A stretch of 53,067 nt of DNA, filler included, from Jimgerdemannia flammicorona (Eukaryota), in assembly GCA_003990765.1 (NCBI GenBank). It is 3 parts of 3 records of this genome, joined end to end, with 100 filler letters (N's around TTAATTAATTAA, not from the genome) between each part and the next. Parts side by side here need not be neighbours in the genome. Positions count along the whole stretch, not along the records: positions 1 to 17,633 come from RBNJ01002467.1; positions 17,734 to 35,353 come from RBNJ01002468.1; 1 more part is not named here. One strand, written 5' to 3'. Position numbers and translations under genes: made by a program. Shown one piece after another: positions 11,927-23,252 of this stretch. A model generated the notes under the pieces. That model saw nothing but the letters and a program-made list of their open reading frames with translations. It was not told the DNA's origin and did no database searches. The first letter of the stretch is position 1; each line of letters starts with the position of its first letter.

Positions 11927-14900
11927 ATGAATAGTATAACTAGAATTTTCTCTTTGAATATAAATGGATTGCAGGGGGCAGCTAGGCAGAAGTATATATT
12001 TGGATGGCTAAAAGGACTGGATGCAGATCTCTTCTTATTGCAGGATGTCTGTTATGAGGTGAATATGGACTTATAGAATTGAACTAAGGAATGGGGGGGG
12101 GGCAGCAGTGTGGATGGGAAGGGTGGATATCCTAGTTTGAAAAGAGATGGGAGATATTGAGGACATTGGACATTGGGGGAATTGGTTGATGTGGGGAGTG
12201 TGGAAGAGGCCAGGATAGAGTTCTTTGATAGTTGGGTTATGTTACTGCCCAGCAGAGCAGGGAGAATGGGTGGATTGGATTCAAAGTTTGAAGGAGGCTG
12301 GAGTCTTGGGGGAGGTAGGAATTGACTGCCTGGGGGGAGATTTCAATATGGTATAAGATATAGGGATAGACAGGACTGATGGCAGGAGAGGAATGAGAAG
12401 TAGGAGTGGAGGATTAGATGATTGGTTGGAGATGGAGAGGCTGAGTTCTTTGATGGATTCAGAGAGACAGTTTTGGGGAGATTATCAAATTTATACTCAC
12501 TGGGCAGCAGGACTGGGCATAAGGATTGATTAGATATTGACAGCAGAATACTGGGGTGCAGATGTCTGGGTGATAATAGAGGTGGTTTGGTGTCTGTGGT
12601 CAGATTACTGGGGTCTGTTAGGAGGGGGGAGGTTTGGGGGAGATGAGGATGGGCCTGGACATTGGTAGCTAAATTCTTCTTTGTTGGAGAATGGGGGTTT
12701 ATGGGTGACCTGGGAGAGGGAGGTTATGGGGAAGATTGGTTGGTGGCAGAAACAGGGTCTGGGGATTGGGGACCATTGGAGGAGGCTGAAAGTGAGTGAT
12801 CAGGGGTACTGGAGGGAGGCAGGGAAAGGAAGAAGTGCTCAGTGGTAGCAGAGGGTACTATGGGCCTTGTGGTGATTGGCAGTACTCCTAGGGAGATGGA
12901 GAGAGATACTAGGGGACTGGGAGGTGGCTGACTGGTATATTGTGAGGACTCAGAGGGAAGTTGAGGAGCTTAAGGAAGTGTTAAGAAGAGAGGAGGAGAC
13001 TAGGCTAAGAGGAATAGTGGCATGGCTATAGTGGTAAGAACTAGAGAAGGAAGAGAGACCTATTAGATTTTTATCATGGATATTACAAGTGTAAAGAACT
13101 AAGCAGCAGTGAGATGGACTCTTGAATGAGGATGGAGAGATAGTGATAGGGACTCTGACAATTCTGAGATTGCTGAAAACCTAGTAAAAGAATTTGTGGA
13201 GTGAGGAGGAAAGGGGGGTGGATGTCTCAATTGTTGAGAGACAACTAGAGGAGTGGCATCTGAACCCAGTATTGGGTCTGTGGACTCTGGGGGAGCTGGT
13301 GAAGGGAGAGGAAATTTGCAAGGTCTTAGCTATGACAAGTAAAGGGATGGCTCTGAGAGAGAATAGACTTCTCTGGGATTTTTGGAAAAAGATGGCTGGG
13401 TGGCAGTGATATTAGAGGAAATGACAGAAATGTATGGTGAGGTCCTTCAGTCTGGAACTTGGATTAGGGGCCAGTGACTAGGGCTGGTCTACTTGCTCTA
13501 TAAGGATAAAAGGAGATAGGAGAATTGGAAGAACTGATGACCAATCATACTACTTGACATGGACTGCAAACTGATGACAAAAATATTGGTATCTAGGCTG
13601 CAGGGAATTGCTCAACAGGTACTTGGCATAGAGCAGCAAGGATTTGTCAGTGACCAGTTGATCTGAGATGGGACAGCCTGGGTATATGGTGTGATTGAAG
13701 GGACTTGGGCTACAGGGGTAGATGGGAGATTAGTCTTTTTGGATCAGGAGAAGGTATATAATAGAGTGAGGAGGGTCTGGCTGAAAGGAGTACTGAAAAG
13801 AGTCAGTGTTCCTCAAGAGTGCAGGAGGTCATTGATCAGTCTTTTGGAAAACAGTCAGGCAGCATTGGTCATTAATGGCCACAGGGATATAACCTTCCCT
13901 CTGGGTCATGGAGTGCTACAAGGGGATCTGTTGTCACCCATCTTATATGCCCTTTCCCTGGAGCCCCTACTGGACAGAATCTGGCATTGAGTTGGGGGTT
14001 TGAATATCTTAGAGATAAACTGGAAGGTGGGGGCCTTTGCAGATAATATGGTGGTTAGACTGGACTCACTGGTAGATGTAGGTGAATTAAGGAGATCTGT
14101 GGAATAGTATGAGAGAGACTCTGGTGCTAAACTCAACTGATACAAATATAAGACTTTGGTGCTAGGTGGTGAAATCATTAGTAGTGATGTGATTGGAATG
14201 GTGGTGCTAACTGGTAAACCAGTTTACTACCTGAGAATCCACTTTTTGGTATATGGGTCCCTTCTGCCCTATACTTGGTAGGAATAGTGACTCCTGTTAT
14301 AGGGGAATGTGCTTTTATAGTGGGGGGGTCAGCATATATCCTTGATAAGAAGGGTGATAGTACTGAATGTGTATTAGCTGCCAAAGCTATGATATGTAGG
14401 ATATTATCTGGACTTCTCAGCTTGAGTGGTTAAGAGACTATTGAAGATAGTGAGATCATAGATCTGGGCAGGGCAGCAGAGTCAGATAGAATGAGAGGTT
14501 TTAATCCTACCAGTGAAAAGAGATGGGCTGGGCTTGGTGGACTTTACCAAATGTCTTCTTTGCTTGAGGGCATGGTGGCAAGCAAGTTGAGGGGCCAGGA
14601 GTGGGTGCCACTCATAAGGAGAGTGTGAGAGACCAGATATTCTCCCCATGATGCTTCTGGTGACCTGCTAGCAATGGTGGCCATGGATGGGAGTAGGAGG
14701 ATGTGGTATAAGGGCTTCTGGTGGGGGGTGGTTGATAGTGCCAGGAGGATAGGACTTCAGTAGCAAGGTGATGAGAGAGAGGAGGATTGGGGTCTGCAGA
14801 TGTAGAGATGAGATCAGCTACTGCTGGGTGGTGTTTTGGTTGAGGACTTTCAGCTTGGCAATGAGATGAAGTGTCTACAGGGTCTAGGGGGGGACCTTTG

Positions 14901-15579
14901 GTCTGTGGCCTGGCAGAGGGTTGAGATTGGTGAGAAGTAGGACTGACATGATCTTTGGCTCTGGAGCAAGTAGGTGATGTAGTGGCTACCTCTCAAGTTT
15001 TGGGTGATATGGTGGTGGGTTCTATAGCAGAATGTGATGTTGAACTATTGGTCTGGGTACTTGGTGGCAGATGGCATGTTTGAGTGTAAGAAATGTTGGA
15101 ATGTTGGGCAGGAGGGGGGTGTGGTACAAATGTCTGAACATTGGCTAGATGAGTGTAACATCTTAGGAGAATTCTGATGCTGTATTGCAGACCAGTTAGG
15201 ACTATGAGCCCTGGTGGGAGGGGAAGGGGGGAGATGGGGTGAGCTTTGCCAAAGACTTGTGGGAGGGATTGGGGATGAATGGCTGATACTTGGTTGGGCT
15301 CTGGCTATATGTGTTAAGCTGGCTGGGCATTGGTTTCATATATTTGAAGAGGGCCAGTGGGTTGGGGTTGGAGATAAAATGATGTATTGAGAATGGCTAT
15401 TACTGGACATTTTAGATGGCTGGTGAAGAGGATGGAGGCTGGGTGGGGGGAGCCACTGGAGTTTGGTACTTTGTATTTCACAAAAAAGTGGAGGGAAGAT
15501 TTGGGTAGTAGAGGACTGGGTTACCCTCTGGCAAGGAGGTGTGGAGGATGATGAGGAGGATCCAAGAGGTATTAGTTGA
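11927..15579 (+). pseudogene. LINE ORF2: APE endonuclease, RT and C-terminal Cys/His motif
   Basis: MNSITRIFSLNINGL...LLQD, GGDFN, RID, SDY (APE); PIILLDMDCKL, QQGFV, LDQEKVYNRV, GVLQGDLLSP, AFADN (RT); CKKC..EH...C near 15085-15160. Many stops and frameshifts. Confidence 0.9.
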
Positions 15580-16995
15580 GGGGGTGGGGTGATATTGTAT
15601 TATTATTATAGATGACCATAATAAAGGGGAGTTCAAGTGACTATAAAAAAAAAAAAAAAAAAAAAAAAAATATATATATATAAGGTTATTGTCTGAATTT
15701 CTTTTCTCCTAACTTTATACTCTCTACTTTAGTATAGTTTACTATATATATTTTGAAGTAATGGGAAGAAGACAATGGTGATAAGCTATCTCTTTATCAG
15801 TATCAAATCAGTACTTTCTCTACTTTTCATAGTTTCTGATATCTCTGGCTATATATATCTAAAGTATACTTGTTTTAGTATAGTACCTTTTTTCTTTTAC
15901 TATTATTAATAAGATTATGTATATTTTAATATATTATAGACTATATAGAGAGTTAGTTAACCTTAGATATCAGGTACTAGTATAAGTTATCTCTAGATTA
16001 TCAGTACTTATAGTGAGGTCCTCTGAGCTTTAGTGAGCTTTCTAGTGAGTATAGTTCTGATATAGATAACTGTTTTTTGGATAGAGTTGGAATAGAAGAG
16101 AAAATAGTCATTATAGATAAGAAGAAGCATAATTATAGTGAACCAGTCAAATATTAGACTAGAGATAGTCATCAGGGTTAGTATAGACACTACATTAGTG
16201 AGGTCTTCTAATTAATATTAGATAATTAGATAGTAGGTATTACTCTCAGTAGCTCTCAGTAATATATATATAAGGTTAAGCTCTAGTTATTTAAAGTTAT
16301 TAGAGAGTTTGAGACTATCTGAGTTAGATATTTAAACTGTACTCAACTGAAACTAAGAACTAATATAGTAATATAATTGAGATTTATAGGCTTAAGTAGT
16401 GAGATATTAGGAGTCTTCTTTTACTCTATATATAAGTTCTTCACTTATCTCATTAAAGAGAACTAGGTCTTATCTACTATTTGGTATCTTTTAGAGAATT
16501 TTTTCTTTATCTATCACTTTATTTAGAGTGGTAGGGACTTTGTTATTCTGCTCTAATATAGTCTTATATATATATTAGAGTTCAGATATATATCTTCAAT
16601 TATAGATATATAATTATTGTCACTCTAATAATAGAGAGAATATAGTATGCAAAATGAAATATAGGCTAAAGTAAGCTCTATTGTATCTAGTATAGTAGAG
16701 CTACTAGATAAGTAGCTAATCTAAGTTATAAGGATATAGTATTTAGAGTTGGAGTAGAGAAGGGTTTTAGTCTATATAGTCTAGATTTCCTTTTAATAAA
16801 AATTTATAAAACATAAATTTATTAAAAAAAATAAAATAAAATAAAATAAAATAATAATTGAGATGATAATTGAGATAATAGAACAATAATTAAAATAGAG
16901 AGTTTTTAAAGGATATCTCAAATGAGATAATATAAAATAAAAAGTCAGTTAGCTTTCTCTTCAGAATTTTTAACTTAATTATAATAACTTAAGAA

Positions 16996-17359
16996 TAGTG
17001 CTCCCAAATAAATTGAATCAAATTGAGGGTCATTCAAATTGTATTGAATTGGGGATTTTTCAATTTGAATTAAGTTTGAATTGAATCAAATTCAAATTGA
17101 ATTGAGGGTCTGATTTGAAACCTATTTTTAGAAATATAATAACTCGACAAATATACATCCAAATTCAATGATCGTTAGCTTGTTAGATTCCCTTATATAA
17201 GAGGAATCTAACAAGCTAAAGATCATTAAATTTAGATGTGTATTCATTGAGTTATTTAATTTCTAAAAATAGAGTTTGAATTGGACCTCAATTCAAATTG
17301 ATTTGAATTGAATTGAATTTGGGTCCAATTCGATTTAATTTGATTCATTGGGAGCACTA
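16996..17359. mobile_element. Palindromic hAT-type MITE, copy 2
   Basis: TIR TAGTGCTCCCAA...TTGGGAGCACTA. 8-bp TSD cttaagaa / cttgagaa. Confidence 0.92.
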
Positions 17360-17480
17360 CTTGAGAACTATCAACTTTAGTTTTAAAATATAAATTCTGA
17401 TATAATTAAATCTTTTCTCTAAGAAATATGAAACTATATAAATCCAAAACTCAGTTAAAGTATATTTAAAATATATATAT

Positions 17481-17633
17481 TGTGACGGTACAGCCGAATT
17501 TGGAAGAAGGAAATAGGGAATAGACACTTGATCGCACCCATTCCCAAAGTAGTATAGCCTTATAGTTAGCAGTCCTCGATTTCGACATTGTCTAATTTCT
17601 TAGACATTGTCTAAATTTTAGACATTATCCAAA
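17481..17633 (+). repeat. Start of another LTR of the 2198-8859 family, cut by the contig end
   Basis: TGTGACGGTACAGCCGAATTTGGAAGAAGG... matches the reverse complement of the LTR end at 2651/8859, and keeps cytosines and guanines that those copies have lost. Confidence 0.9.
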
Positions 17634-17733
17634 NNNNNNNNNNNNNNNNNNNNNNNNNNNNNNNNNNNNNNNNNNNNTTAATTAATTAANNNNNNNNNNN
17701 NNNNNNNNNNNNNNNNNNNNNNNNNNNNNNNNN
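17634..17733. other. Artificial contig-joining linker
   Basis: 44 N + TTAATTAATTAA (stops in all six frames) + 44 N. Identical to 35354-35453. Confidence 0.98.
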
Positions 17734-20330
17734 AAAAAAGAGCCACTCAGAATGGCAGAGCAGGTGATGACCTGGCCATGAGTGTAGAATATCATACCAC
17801 CACTGTAAGTCAGTGGCTAGTTGAGGAGGTGGAAAATGCTGCCCCGCATAGGGTGGTTTCCAAGAGGAAGCAAAGCGAATGATGCCATCGCAAAACACCT
17901 TCCCATCTGGAAGTATTTGAACAATATGCATAAGATGGCCCGAGAGTGATTGAGCTTCATGGTGTGAATACGGACATAGATGGTATGATCGAGTCTGCTG
18001 AGCTGGTGTAAGCCATGATGCTAGTAAGGTGAGAATGCATGTGTGTTTCTCCATTGGGAGACTAATCGTCATTGTTGGAGTGTTGAGAATGAAGCCAACA
18101 TACTCTATAGTTGGAGTAGGAGGAATATCTTTGGAGGGTTTGAGTGGGAGGCCAAATCAAGATGTGGTAGCATGAAATTGATTATAGGAGGAGAATGCGC
18201 TGGACAGAGGTGCGATATAGATAAAGTCATCAACGAAATGGCCCAAGTTAGGAAGTTCATATAGTTGAATACAGATCCAGATAAAGAGGTCCATGGGAGA
18301 TGTGAAGATAAAGGGAGCAGAGTGAAGACCAAAGGGGAGGAACATGTCAAGGAAGAAAAGACCAAGCCAGCAGATATCCTGCATAGCCCAATCGGAGTGG
18401 TATACTGGGATGGTGTGGAAGGCGTCAGCCACATCGGCCTTCCAGAAGAGCACAGTAGAGCCAACTGAGAGGATAAGGAGAATGACAGCTTGAATGGACT
18501 GGTACTGGATTGAGAACTCCTCAGGATCGATTCCATCATTGACTGAACTCCCATAGGGAAAGGATAGATGTTGTATAGTATGAAATTTGGACGAGTGCTT
18601 CTTAGGAATGGTACTAAGGGGTGCATTGCGAAAGGGGTGGAATTCTGGTGGTATGGAGGAGAGAGATGAAAATGGGCCAAGATAGCGACCCGCAGCTAGC
18701 TTGGTGAGAATGTTGGTGGAGAGAACTTCTTGGTGCTAGTAAGCGAAGGTAAGGTTGTCGGATATGAGGTCGATGTGAAGCTCAGGGTGAGAGTGATTTC
18801 CATACTGATAACCATGGTAGAGACCTGTTAGGTGGTACTGAATGAGTGATTGGTTTGGATGTGAATGCAGTATCCTTTTCCACTCCTTAATATAGTACGG
18901 GGTGGTTGGGTGACTAGAAGTGGGGGGAATCGAGAGATTAGCCATAGCGAGCAGAGCAAGCTAGAGCTGTGTGAGGTCCATAGCAGAAGAGGCATATGTG
19001 CACTCGACCGTAGTTTCGATAGGAGTAACCAGAGCTGTTAAAGTTATGACAGACTGAGCTTGCTGCACCATCTGGATAGATAGAATCGTCTGGCTTGGAT
19101 GGGAAAGTAGGATGCTGGAGTGGGATTTGGGTGCAGGAGCTAATAGCATGTCCCTGCACCCTACATTGAAAGCACAAGAGGTTGGTGGATGAGACCAGTT
19201 TTGGGCCACTAGCTGGGTGGGCAGTTGATGAACTTCCCACCACATGAGATCCAGCATAGGAGAACGTAGAGCAACATTGATATGCTAAGGGTGCTGAGGA
19301 AGGTTGGCCGAGGATTGTCTCGAATGTATGGTGAACCATGTCTGGATTGCCAATGTCCAAGTCAGGGAAGGAGGCCTTGAGTGTACGAACTTGACAGTTG
19401 AAGTGTTGAAGTGCCACCCAGTTATAATGATCATTTATCGCTTTAATGATAAAGATTGCATGGGCAAGAAGTTGAGGAGCATGGGATGCATGCGAGGTCG
19501 ATTAGGTGGTACCCAGAGCCAGTAGAGCACCTCAGATGTTAAAGATGGCTTCGAGCCACAGTGGTAGATCTAGGTCATGGTTGGGCATGTGTATATCTGC
19601 TTTATTGCGACTGCTTGATTGTGAAATGAGAGCACTGCCGGTCCATTTGGATAGAATCTGATAGTCGCCCGCATCTAGTGATGCCAGCAAGTCGGGCGGT
19701 ACCCAATTCCATCAAAGTATGGCATCCGAAATAAGAGACGAGGAAGACTCACCACTTTGCAGATTTGGCAGCGATTGCGACGTCAACCTTGTCATGAGAG
19801 GTGGTGGCATAAAGGGGGCCATGGCTGAGGGAGGAGTAGTGGCCGGTAGAGGAATTGCCTGTAACAAGCCCACTGGTAGCCCTGATACTGGCAGAGTAAT
19901 TAAGTTGGGGCCTGTCGGTATGATGGATGGATGTGTTGCAAGGCACCCAACTAAAGTGGGGATTAAGTATTCAATAAGGGCATCTTCAGCTTGCTCTCCA
20001 ATAATTGGCTGAGGTGGAGGGTCAGGACTTAGATGGTGCGAGTTGAGACATGTAACTAGTGCAGCTTTTTGACCTTCAACTGGCAGATGATGTTCGTGAC
20101 ACAGTGCGACTAGCTGTTCTTTGCGACAAGTGCATAGGCCAGATAGATTGGGAATGGGGGAGGGGTGAGATTCATGTAAGGGGGCTAGGGGGGCAACCGG
20201 TCTTGGGGCTATAGCTGGTTCCAAAGGACCATGAGACCAAGTGCGAATTGGGGGCATTGTGAATGTGGTACACGAACTGATTGTAAATACTAGCAACTAA
20301 TTGCAACTTGGCATAGTATACATCTGACTA
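17734..20330 (-). mobile_element. DIRS/Ngaro-type retrotransposon, 5' part (gag + RT), truncated by the contig end
   Basis: Gag 20257 to 18938 has CFQCRVQGHAISSC and a C-terminal VCHNFN...HICLFCYGPH..AC. Overlapping ORF2 from 18945 has GRYLGPF, WKADVADAF, LPFGLHSAP, HFVDDF and DLQWW, typical of DIRS/Ngaro RT. The tyrosine recombinase is not in the window. Confidence 0.85.
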
Positions 20331-20559
20331 GCTGAGATGTGACGAATACTCAGTCGCTGGACTGATTACATTGTTACTAACTCACATTAATGGTTGGTGT
20401 ATTTTTAAAACACCACTAGCTAAGTTATCTTTGGTGTAGAAAGGGACAAGAAACTGCATGAAATGAGCTAAACTAAGTCCACCAAGGGGAAATTGTATGA
20501 TTGTTCTGCATAATGTTAAGCGGCTCTTGGCCACTTTGCTGAAGTTTGAATTGCATTCA

Positions 20560-20679
20560 TAACTATATAATATAACTGCTATTTATAAGGCTATACTATA
20601 TTTGGGAATCAGATTCAGGTGCCATAATCAAATGTCTATTCCTCTGATTTATGTTCCTAATTTGGATCAACTATTATAA
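20560..20679 (-). repeat. Diverged remnant of a Gypsy LTR related to 2198-2651
   Basis: aactgct..tataa..ctatacta..tttgggaat...atcaaatgtctattcc...ttcctaatt aligns by eye with 2559-2651. Confidence 0.65.
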
Positions 20680-20759
20680 TATATATACTAATTACTTTAT
20701 ACAATATATAGACCTCTTTAATATAGTTTATATCTCTTATCTTTTATAGTATTATTGAT

Positions 20760-22240
20760 ATCTAGGGTCACCTTCTGCCCCCCCACCCCCTGACCTCTCT
20801 CAGCATTTGTCCTTACTGCTTATCCCAGTCCTCCTGCAGTACATCAGTTCTCTCTCCTCTTGTAGACATATCATACTACACTTGGGCCTCCTCTACCATT
20901 ACCTCATTCTCAGCTACTGTACTCTGCCTAAAACCTTCACTCTCTCTCAGAGTTACTGTAGGAGCCACTCTCTTCTCCTCTGCCCAAGTACTAGCTCTTG
21001 ATCTAACTTCTTCAGCAGTATTCTCTCTCTCTGCCCTCTCTCTCAAATTTACCAACAAATCTTCCAAATTCTGCCCCCCTTGTACTCTCTCTCAGATAGT
21101 CTAATCTAGTTATACCTTCTTACCATTTACAATCTCTACCACTGTCTTTGCCTTGAACTCCTTCCAGACTAACTGTCTCTTTTTTACTACTCTAGTCAGA
21201 TCTTCTAACACCTCTAGCAAGTCCTCCTCTTTCTCTGATGTCTTCTTCACTCTCAAGACCTTACACTCTACTGATCTCCACTTAAGTGCCACCAGCTAAT
21301 TTCTTCCTTTTCCTGTATTATTCTTGTCTGTCAGCCTTATTTTAATATTCACATTCTTAGTTCTGAACTCTATATCTTCTCAGACCTAGAATCCAATATC
21401 TACCATATCTCTATACTCCTTAATAATATCAACAATCAGCTCTCTGACCACCTCCTTCTTTACTATAGATATATTTGCTACTATTAGCTATACTACCTAA
21501 GTCTTAGCATAAGTACTGAGCCTTAGGGATCACTACTCCTCCTACTATCACTCTTTTCTCCAATACTCTCAACATCAAATCCTTCTCCTTGAAGCCCATC
21601 TCTACTCCTTCTAATCTCTTTAAGAACTTTACCAAGATCATTTCTTTTATTTTCTAGGCCAGAAGTACTAACTATTTTTACCATAACTACTAAGCCCTAG
21701 GAGTACAATGTGACAGCAAATTTGGATATCAATTTCTTGAGTAATAATGCAGCCACCAGAACTATTATACTATTAACCAGATCTCCAGGCCTCATTTTTC
21801 CCCTCTGCTTAGCCCTACTATCAGCTCTCATATCTGAATTTTTTTCCAAATTAGTAATCTCCCCTCCATCAGTAGTTCTCCTTTCCCCTCTGGCTGCTAC
21901 TCTCTCAGTTCCACTACTACTACTATCTAAAGCTATCTCTCCAGGCCCAGCTACTCTCTCCTTCTTCTTATCTCTCTGCAGCCAATCCTCCAGGCTCATT
22001 AATGGATGCCCAGCCTTAACCTTATCAGCAAAGCTCACCTTCTCTATATCTTATCCATTAGTATTAATATTTTCTCCTCAATATTTACCTACTATCAGTC
22101 AAATAAACTAGAGCCACCCTACCCAATATATACCTCAGAATGATCATTGGTTTCTATGTTACTATTACCTTTTCTCCCAAATTTATGTCAAAAGTATTGT
22201 CAGAAGTTTGTATAATCTAAGTAGTACTAAAGAAAGGTGA
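20760..22240 (-). mobile_element. 5' UTR + ORF1 fragment of a LINE related to 9896-15678
   Basis: SFADKVK, RPGDLV, LKWRSVECKV and KRQLVWKE match ORF1 of the first LINE. The 5' end shares gacaatactttt. ORF2 is absent. Confidence 0.85.
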
Positions 22241-22259
22241 TGCTCTCCGTAACTCAGAA

Positions 22260-22945
22260 GAAAGTAAAGCTTTCTATCAATATTGAAGAAGAATTGACTT
22301 CTCAGTAATAGCAGTAACTAGTAGAATACATTTAAATATTAGGATATCTTTATTACAGACAATAGTAATCTGCTATATATTCATTATACTACTATGATAT
22401 GAATATAAAAAATTCAACATCTATTTGATAGAAATAATTTCAATATCTATTCAGCAAATTTCAAAAAATATCTGCACTATCTAAAGAATTCTTCCAGCTC
22501 ATCTGCAATAACCACCTGAGGCTCAATACTAAGAAATACTACTTTAGAAAACAGAAACTCAAATTGCTTAAATTTATTATTTTTAAAAAAGAAATCTATA
22601 CAAACTCAAAAAAAAGCTAAAAATATCAACAACTGGTATCTAAAACTCTGAAGGAAATACTATCATTCCTAATACTAGTATTTTAGTATAGAAGATTTAT
22701 TAAAAACTTCACCCAAATTGTTGCCTCAATTCAAACTCTTCTTAAGAAAGAAGTACTATACAAATAGATAGAACAACAAGAACTAGCCTTCAGAGAACTC
22801 AAGTACTGAATCACTATAGTACCAGTCCTTATATAACCCAATCTGCAGAGACTATTCATCTTATATACAGATACCTCTAAAAATAGTCTTAGAGCAGTCT
22901 TGGCCCAAAAATGACCAGATTAATAGTACTATATAATAGCTTATA
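22260..22945 (+). mobile_element. Degenerate Gypsy RT/RNase H fragment
   Basis: YRRFIKNFTQI and FILYTDTS...LRAVLAQK readable. TpA-rich and internally deleted. Confidence 0.8.
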
Positions 22946-23252
22946 ATAAAATAGAAAATATTTCAATCTAGATTAAATTCAAATTAAATTGAGATCTGAT
23001 TTATTTTTATTCATATTTAATTCAATTTAAGGTTGAAAGTCAAAATTTAAAATATAATAACTCAACAAAAATATGTTCAAATTTGATGATCTTTATTATG
23101 CTAAATTTTCTAAATTGGGCTGAAATTTGGACATATTTTTATTTAGTTATTAAATTTCAAAAATTTATATTTGAATCCAAATCAGAATTGAATTGAATGG
23201 AATATTTCGAATCCAATCAAATTCAATTCAATTCGATTTGTTGGGAGAACTA
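22945..23252. mobile_element. Related palindromic MITE (sister subfamily, left end lost)
   Basis: Right end TTGGGAGAACTA. Shares AATTGAATT-type subterminal repeats and the ATAACTCAACAAAAATATG inverted arm, but has a different centre. Confidence 0.7.

Larger units (their letters stand above)
9896..15678 (+). mobile_element. Full-length L1/Tx1-like LINE (ORF1 + APE-RT ORF2), inactivated
   Basis: Poly(A) tail ~15645-15670. 15-bp TSD tataaggtaattgtc (9881-9895) / tataaggttattgtc (15679-15693). Two-ORF layout with an A-tract in the spacer. Confidence 0.92.

Noticed and set aside
15694..16990. AT-rich eroded sequence (also 8860-9715), probably an old TE
   Set aside because: Too degenerate to assign a family.
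17678..17689. TTAATTAATTAA palindrome in both gaps
   Set aside because: Synthetic six-frame-stop linker, not biological.
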